64,000 bases of DNA from Tubiluchus corallicola (taxonomy: Eukaryota > Animalia > Priapulida). The translations under genes and the position numbers were made by a program. Location: NCBI GenBank assembly GCA_030141605.1, contig JAQGDQ010000044.1:864635-928634 (forward strand). Direction: 5' to 3'. A model generated the notes under the pieces. The model saw nothing but the letters and a program-made list of their open reading frames with translations. It did no database searches and was not told where the DNA came from. Each line of letters starts with the position of its first letter. Position 1 is the first letter of the stretch. This document shows positions 57,201-64,000 of this stretch, piece after piece.

Positions 57201-59601
57201 CACAGAAGGTGTCAACTAGTTATAGGGGTATGCTAATAGAACATTGTACATAAGTATATGCTGTAGGTATACAGTTTGTACATATAAAGACTCTTAAAAA
57301 GTCAGCCTGGAAGAAACGTGTAAAAGAAAACGTAAAAAAATTATTAAAATTACTGCACATCACCAGATATACTCAAGAACTAAGTTAAGGTTCTTATCTT
57401 ATGAGCTGAGCATGATAAACCCAAGCAGTATATAACTGAGTTAACACTAGAACAGACAAAAAGGGTTTTAGAGATAAAGCTTAATATGCTACCACTAAAA
57501 TGTAATTATAGAAGTAAGTTTAAAGGAGATATATGGTGTCCGCTATGTGGTAAAGACAGAGGATCTATTCAGACGGTTATAAGAAATGTGCTACCAACTA
57601 CAGAAGTAAATTTCCAAAGTCTGATTGAGTCAGAAGATGCACAAATAGCAAAGCAGTAGGTGGAATTTGTTCAAATAGCAATGGAAACAAGAAAAAGAAG
57701 AGGTGTCGTGCTGGGAATTTAGCCAAAATAGTAACAGTCATAAATGGTTGATTAACATCAATGCTGATTACGTTACTTGTGTCTTGCGCGATAATATTCC
57801 TTTGTGCCTATCTAACCAGATAGAGTTAACACCGAGGAAACAACGAAACAACATGTGCTTACTGGAGAACCGCAACTGCAGCGACATGACATAGAGGAAG
57901 TTGAGGAACTGCAAGATGTAAAATGTACAACACTCATCGTATAGAAAAATATAATCTTAAAGTGAACAATACAAAGACCAAAGAATACGTTATACCCACT
58001 GCTAATTTAAACATCAACAATTCTTCCTAAATATCTTTTAATGACACAGATAAAGTCAAGGAATACATTATTTAAAAATGTGTATAGTTACCAGTCTCAT
58101 GAAGAAGTGAAACAGCTTTATACAAATTGGGCAAATTTTCCAGGATTTCAAACATGTGGTGTAGATGAAATTGATAAAATGCATCTGAATTGCATATTAA
58201 AAGAATTTTGTAATAAACTTAAATCAATGTACAGAAAACTATTTTTTACAAAGCTACATAATGATCCTAGACACAGTGATGGCAAAAACAAACTAAGATT
58301 TTATAGATATGTAAAAATCAGTAATGAATTAGAAGATTATTTCAAAATTATTTCTAATGAGAAACAGCGACAAATGATTACGAAATTACGTAACAGCGAA
58401 TATGACCTGGAAATAGAATGATTTAGATATCAAAATAAAAAAGGGCGTGAAAGGCTTTGTCAATACTGTCACAACAATAGCTCAAAATTAGTAGAAAACA
58501 AATTATATTACCTTTTTACTTGTCTTTTGTATAAAGATATTAGACAAAAATATGAGCATAAATATATCTTTGCAAAAAGGTAACATATACTCAGTAATGT
58601 GGTTTTTTTCTAATTGCAAACCCAGAAGACCTTATTCACTTTGGAAACTGCTTAAATGAATGTGATAAAAAAGGCAGTTATATCTTGGTGGTAATCTGTG
58701 AGTGCTGGATAAACCTTGTGCTGTGATTGTGTAATTTAATCTCGTTTGTGATTATATTAATTATTTAGGTTTTGTGTTTTTACTACTACTTTGTAGTTGT
58801 AGCATAAAGTTTTATTTCATAAGAGCACATAATTTCTTATTAGATTTAAGTAAGTTGTACAAACTCGTGGTTTTGCAATGTTGCATAATTGCATCTGTAT
58901 TTGTTGTTTTTCGTGTTTCTTGTACTTTGACTTTTTTGCAATTGTAATTTTTTGCCATGATACGCTATTGTATTTGTGCAATAGAACAAAATTGAAATTG
59001 AAGATGCGGTAATGATTCGTGGAAAAGATGTAAATAACTTGGTAACTTGTAAGACACCGATGCCCACATACAAAGAAGGAAAATTCTTAAATTGTCTGCT
59101 TATTCACATATCTCAATGATTTTTGATAACAATAGACTTTCTCTTGAAACCAGAGTCCGGATTCTTTCAACTTTAGTTGAATCTGTGTTTTTGTACACTG
59201 CTGAGCTATGGACAATAAAAGTTAAGCAACAGAAGGACAGTTGATGCTTTTCGAAGACGTCTCTATAGGAAATTACTCGCAATTAAATCGCCTGATAGAA
59301 TATCCAATGATGATCTGTATAATGCAGTCAAGAAGATTCCTGGTAGTAGACAAATACAAGTAAGAAAATTGCTTTGGATTGGGCACACACTAACAGTAAG
59401 ATTACCTCCTCTTCCTATGGTATTGCATAAAGCTCTTGAAACGACAAAAAACCAAGAGGCTGTCAACTAGGCTGACGTATTTAGGTTTTTGGTACAGATT
59501 TATGATCTAACATGTACATTAGGCAATTTGATACAGACATCATACTATATTCAAAATTTGTAGCTGCATATTTGCCATTAGTTTCTACTCAACAGACCAA
59601 G

Positions 59602-62600
59602 ATGACAAGTTTAAATAAGGGATGCACTTTGCCTTTATATGTGGTGGATGCTTTCACAAGCCAGGCATTTGCTGGAAATGCTGCTGCTGTATGTCTAGTG
59701 TCACACAATCAGGTAAATTAATGATGATCTGTCATTAACAAACTTTTCGTCTTAATTTGTTTTCAGCTATTTTTATTGCACTGTTCTTCACTGCAAATAA
59801 CTTGTGGTCCTGTAGCACAAACTCAGTCAATGTATGTGTCTTAATCGCACTCTTATTTATGTAAAGATATGAGTTTTTAACTACTAACTGATAATGTTTT
59901 TGTTATTTATTTATGTGATTAACTCAATGAATTAACTGTGTTACAATAAATAAATCATTATATTATAATATTTAAATCGCAGGCTTGCATAATAAAAATC
60001 ACTGGTTTATTTTTAGAAATATTGAAACAAATTTAACAAGTTAGTTGAAAACAAAAGTGTCCATTTAGTCACAGCTGAAATCAATTTGTAATCAATTAAA
60101 CTTATAACATCAGTCATAATAATGTCAGGATAATGGTGACTGTGCCTTTAAGTTATGTTTGTATTTGGATCTATTATAATAGTAGGTGTTTTTCATGAAG
60201 ATTTAGTATAATTTTAAGTGACAATTACAATGAGTATCAATGCAGAAAATGCATTTTGTTGTTGTTGTTGTTGTTGTTTCCGTTTCTACGGAGGCTTTGT
60301 AGTTTCTTTCTGCAATTCGAATAGATATTCTGAGTATTATTTGAACTGTACAAAACAGGAGATATGTTATATGTTCAAAATCTATTCCAAACAGTCCGAA
60401 GGCTGTGTTGTTTTTATTAGTTGAATTGTGGTGTAATCTGCATTTCTTGGGTTATATTATTAAATGGCTGTAGACATTGTGATGTATATAGTCATTCGGT
60501 TATTCTATTTTAGGTAATCGACGATGCAAAAATGCAAAAAATTGCTTTCGAAATGAACTTGTCGGAAACCTGTTTCATTGCACTGCCAACAGAAAACGAT
60601 TCGTTCAAGAATTCTTCCCGGTTTGGCCTGCGATGGTTTACCCCTGCCTGTGAAATCCAACTGTGTGGTCATGCCACTCTTGCTGCTGCCACGGTGCTTT
60701 TCTCTTGTGTTGGTAAGTTTGCTAAGCAGGACAGAAATGTAAATCTAGAAGCTGAACCTGAGTCAGTGCTACTACATCAGCTGACACTCACAGTAAATCA
60801 GCCAGCTGGAGTTCACCATTAAGAATGACAGATTTTGATTCTTATGTCCTGCAGCAACAATTTAGCGTTAGTTTGAATAGTTTTATTTGTGAACTGGCTT
60901 AAGTGATTCGACAGCACACCCCTTTATATGCCATATATCTCTCTATATCTCTCATATTTTATGTACTCACAATGTTAAAAAAAATCTCCTGGCTTATAAT
61001 CTGGCAACTCTAGCAATGGATTTATTGCAAATATAATTTAAATCCAACCCTTGGCAAGGCTTATCTGGATTACCAACAAATCAATACTAAAATACCAAAA
61101 TGATCCAATACGTGTGGCTAATGTTGCCTATTTGTGCATTTTATTTAATTTTGAATTGACTGCTTTCTCATTCAAATATTTCTGAAGTTTAGTATCTCTG
61201 CCAGCACACGTACAATATGACCGCATTGCGACCAGTGATTTCATCATCATCATAAGCCCGTTATGTCAATTGTAGACATTGGGCAGGCAGAACTCTAAAA
61301 TAAAAGAAATCTGCCCTCAAAACAGGTAAACACAGCAGTAATCTAGCAAAAAAACTGGACACTGCTATGCCAGTGACTTGTTCGCAAGAGCAAAAATCTT
61401 CACAGCTGGCAAAAATGTCAGCTACCTCGACTTCCGTCACCGAGCGGCTGGCACGACTAAAGCTGGGTTTCTTATCTGCTAGGTCGCCTGTAGAAATAAA
61501 CCGACTGGAGCTGAGCTGAAGCGGTATGGCTCTGGCTTCTATGTCGATCCCTTAAGTATTTTTCACGTTGTCTTGAAAATCAGGGAGTTTTTATTTGCCA
61601 ACCTAATACCAAACGAATTCACTGTGAATTTATTTGTGTGCTAATGCGTTTACTTCAAATAAGCTTCCATGCAGTTTTGCTTTTTTTCTTCTATTGTTTT
61701 TTTAGATTGTGTGCCTTTTTTGCATTTTAGGACTTAAAGCATTCCGCTGTTTTCAGTTCTCATCATATTTGGCATTTTCTTAGGAGACTGTCAGCTTTCC
61801 CTTCTTTTCATCTGCACTTTAAAAAATTGGAAAAGGAAAATAGTGCCTGTTAACCATATTCTAAACCATATTCTATTCCAATAATGAAATTACAATTAGG
61901 CATTGCAATATTTGATTGTATTGCTAATCCACTAATGCTACGATTAGGCTCTAAATATTTGTGAAATTGATAATCATTATGATAGGGGGGTCTGAAATTA
62001 AAAGGCAGCTAGTGAATATATCTACAGCTATGTAAATTATTACAGGTAACGAATTTACAGAGATTACATTTGATACGCTAAGTGGACCACTTGTTGCCAG
62101 AAAAAAAGAGGACAATTTTATTCTGCTAGATTTTCCTGCTAATCCAACTATTAGTGTTAACAAGGAAAATGTTAAAGATCTTTTAAAGGTACCTACTGTT
62201 TTGAATGACCTGTAAAACAAGTTTGCCTGGGTTTTTGTTGTAAGTAATTTTATCATTGAAGCTTTTAGCAGGTAGGTGGTTGACAGTTTGGAAGACATTC
62301 TGACGCCTTGGTATATTTATGTATTTTAGGAAATTTCCGGCGTTACTTGTTTTAACTGTGTGTGCTGGCCATGTTTTTCAAATGTATCATATGGGCTGTT
62401 TTTTTTTGGCCAATAGCTAAATTGCATCTTTGCACAGACTTTTTTGAAGGCATATTACTTAGTATTATCTTACTTGTATTACTTAGTATTACGCTTTCTT
62501 GCCTGCAATACTCATGTAAATAGAAAAGACACATTTTCTAGCTTTATGTAAGTAAAGGGCTTTCTTGCCTTTTATGACAATTTTTTGGTGTTTTAATTAA

Positions 62601-63519
62601 TCCTATTCAGTTTTCGAATTTGCCTGAAGAGGGGAGACAGCATGAGAGGAACATGGAAACTATTCAAAGGTGGGACGGGGGTGGGGGGGGGTGGGGGGTT
62701 ACAGTAATGGTGGCAGTGAAGCACTTGCTGTTACTTTAATGTTTCTTTTTACTGGCTGTTACACACACGTGCATGCACGCACGCGCACACACACACCCAC
62801 ACACACGCACTGTTACATAATATAGTAAAATATATCATATCACTCTTTTCGGTGATTCTAGATTGCATAGCACTCCTACAATAGGACTAGTTGAAGTTTA
62901 GCAAACAACTATCACAATTACTAACCTGACATTCTGTGCATTAAATTTAGAAATCCACAGATTAAAGATACGAGACAATGCCGCTATGATAAAACTAAGG
63001 GTGCATTCAGACTAGCGAGTTTTCTGTTGGGAGTTTTTCTCTAACACCAAACTTGCAAGTGTGAACTGCTTTGCGAGTTACTATCGACAAGTCATTGCAC
63101 ACTTTCAGACAGTTGCTACGAAATGATTTCCTGTTTAGTGTGAACAGTCTCAGCGAGTTACTCTTGACACGGCTCCCAGTGAATAGAGGAGGAGTATCAG
63201 CTGGTGCTTACTTCATGTTGGAGAATTTTGTTCTTTAGTCTGAACGTGCTTGCGAGTTACTTGGCGAGAAAATTTGTTAGTATGAATGCTTCATTACTCT
63301 CAAAAGCAGTGCGACAAAATATCAACATTCTTGCAACAGTCAAGTCATCTAAATTCTTCTTTGTAAAAAGTATTTTGGTCCGAACTTTAATACACTGTAG
63401 AATCTTATGTGAATGTTTTTTATAATACAGGTACTTGTTGGAGATTTACCTATTGTTGATGTGGAGTATGCTCCTGTTATACAACAAATGATTGTGTGTC
63501 TTCAAGATTCTGTGTCCAG
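59602..63519 (+). CDS. PBLD: PhzF/PBLD-family protein, copy 3, partial (continues past the window). Exons 59602-59712, 60514-60712, 62046-62188, 63431-63519
   Basis: Essentially identical to copy 2 at an offset of ~14,387 bp. Confidence 0.92.
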
Positions 63520-64000
63520 GTGTGCATGTTGATAATTTTTTATTTGGTTTGTCGTGTGTCATTCGTTTTGCACTTTTCATTAGCTTTCATGTTATTATAC
63601 ATACTATAAAATTGCTGCAAATTGTACAAATCTGCAATTAATCTCTATTTCTATGAAGTGTGTTTGTGTATGTTTGTTTATTTGTTTGCTATAAAGTCCT
63701 GTTTTACTTATTTAACTTCAAATTTGGTCTATTAAGTTGCTAATACATCACACTCCCCATTGAATTATGGGATATGTACAGTTATGTGTAGAAATCAATT
63801 AACAAAAGCTGAAGACAGTCTACTTTTTAACTTTTGGCAGGAGCTCTACTTACATGAAAAAGAATTTAAAATACACTATGTTTCAGTCCATTGTTGGGTT
63901 CAAATTCTGATTGGATGAAAATTTTTCATTGTCTCATTCTTCATTCATTAGTCATTGATGTTATTATTGTTGTAAGTATAAGGCTTCATGTGTGTGTGTG

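Larger units (their letters stand above)
41493..64000 (+). repeat. Tandem segmental duplication units (spacer plus PBLD gene) starting ~41493 and ~55918, homologous to the unit starting ~22952
   Basis: TTATTCTTGTTTATTTAAACTTTAACTAT... begins at 22952, 41493 and 55918; genes, introns and shared TEs are collinear. Confidence 0.93.

Noticed and set aside
29422-63519. Horizontal transfer of a bacterial phenazine gene
   Set aside because: PBLD homologues are widespread in animals; these genes have six spliceosomal introns and no other phz genes are present.

Overview
AT-rich, intron-rich animal DNA (invertebrate-like; species not determinable from sequence). The left third holds the 3' two-thirds of a calcineurin A catalytic subunit gene (PPP3C/CanA, + strand, exons 5744-19569); its 5' exons lie upstream of the window. 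The calmodulin-binding-domain exon is present in two homologous, same-phase versions (13714-13813 divergent; 16544-16631 canonical) that look mutually exclusive. Nearby are a candidate alternative terminal exon that would drop the autoinhibitory domain and candidate 3-nt and 9-nt microexons. The right two-thirds is a tandem array of three 7-exon PhzF/PBLD-family genes (third truncated by the window end). Both complete copies carry a two-cysteine DapF/racemase-like motif pair. Copy 1 has lost the family Glu (NLSET to NLPIT) and has a copy-specific solo LTR just upstream. Introns and spacers contain LINE fragments (RTE with nested CR1), a truncated THAP/P-element transposase, MITEs, a SINE and mini/microsatellites. 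All exon boundaries and alignments were read by eye; no searches were run.
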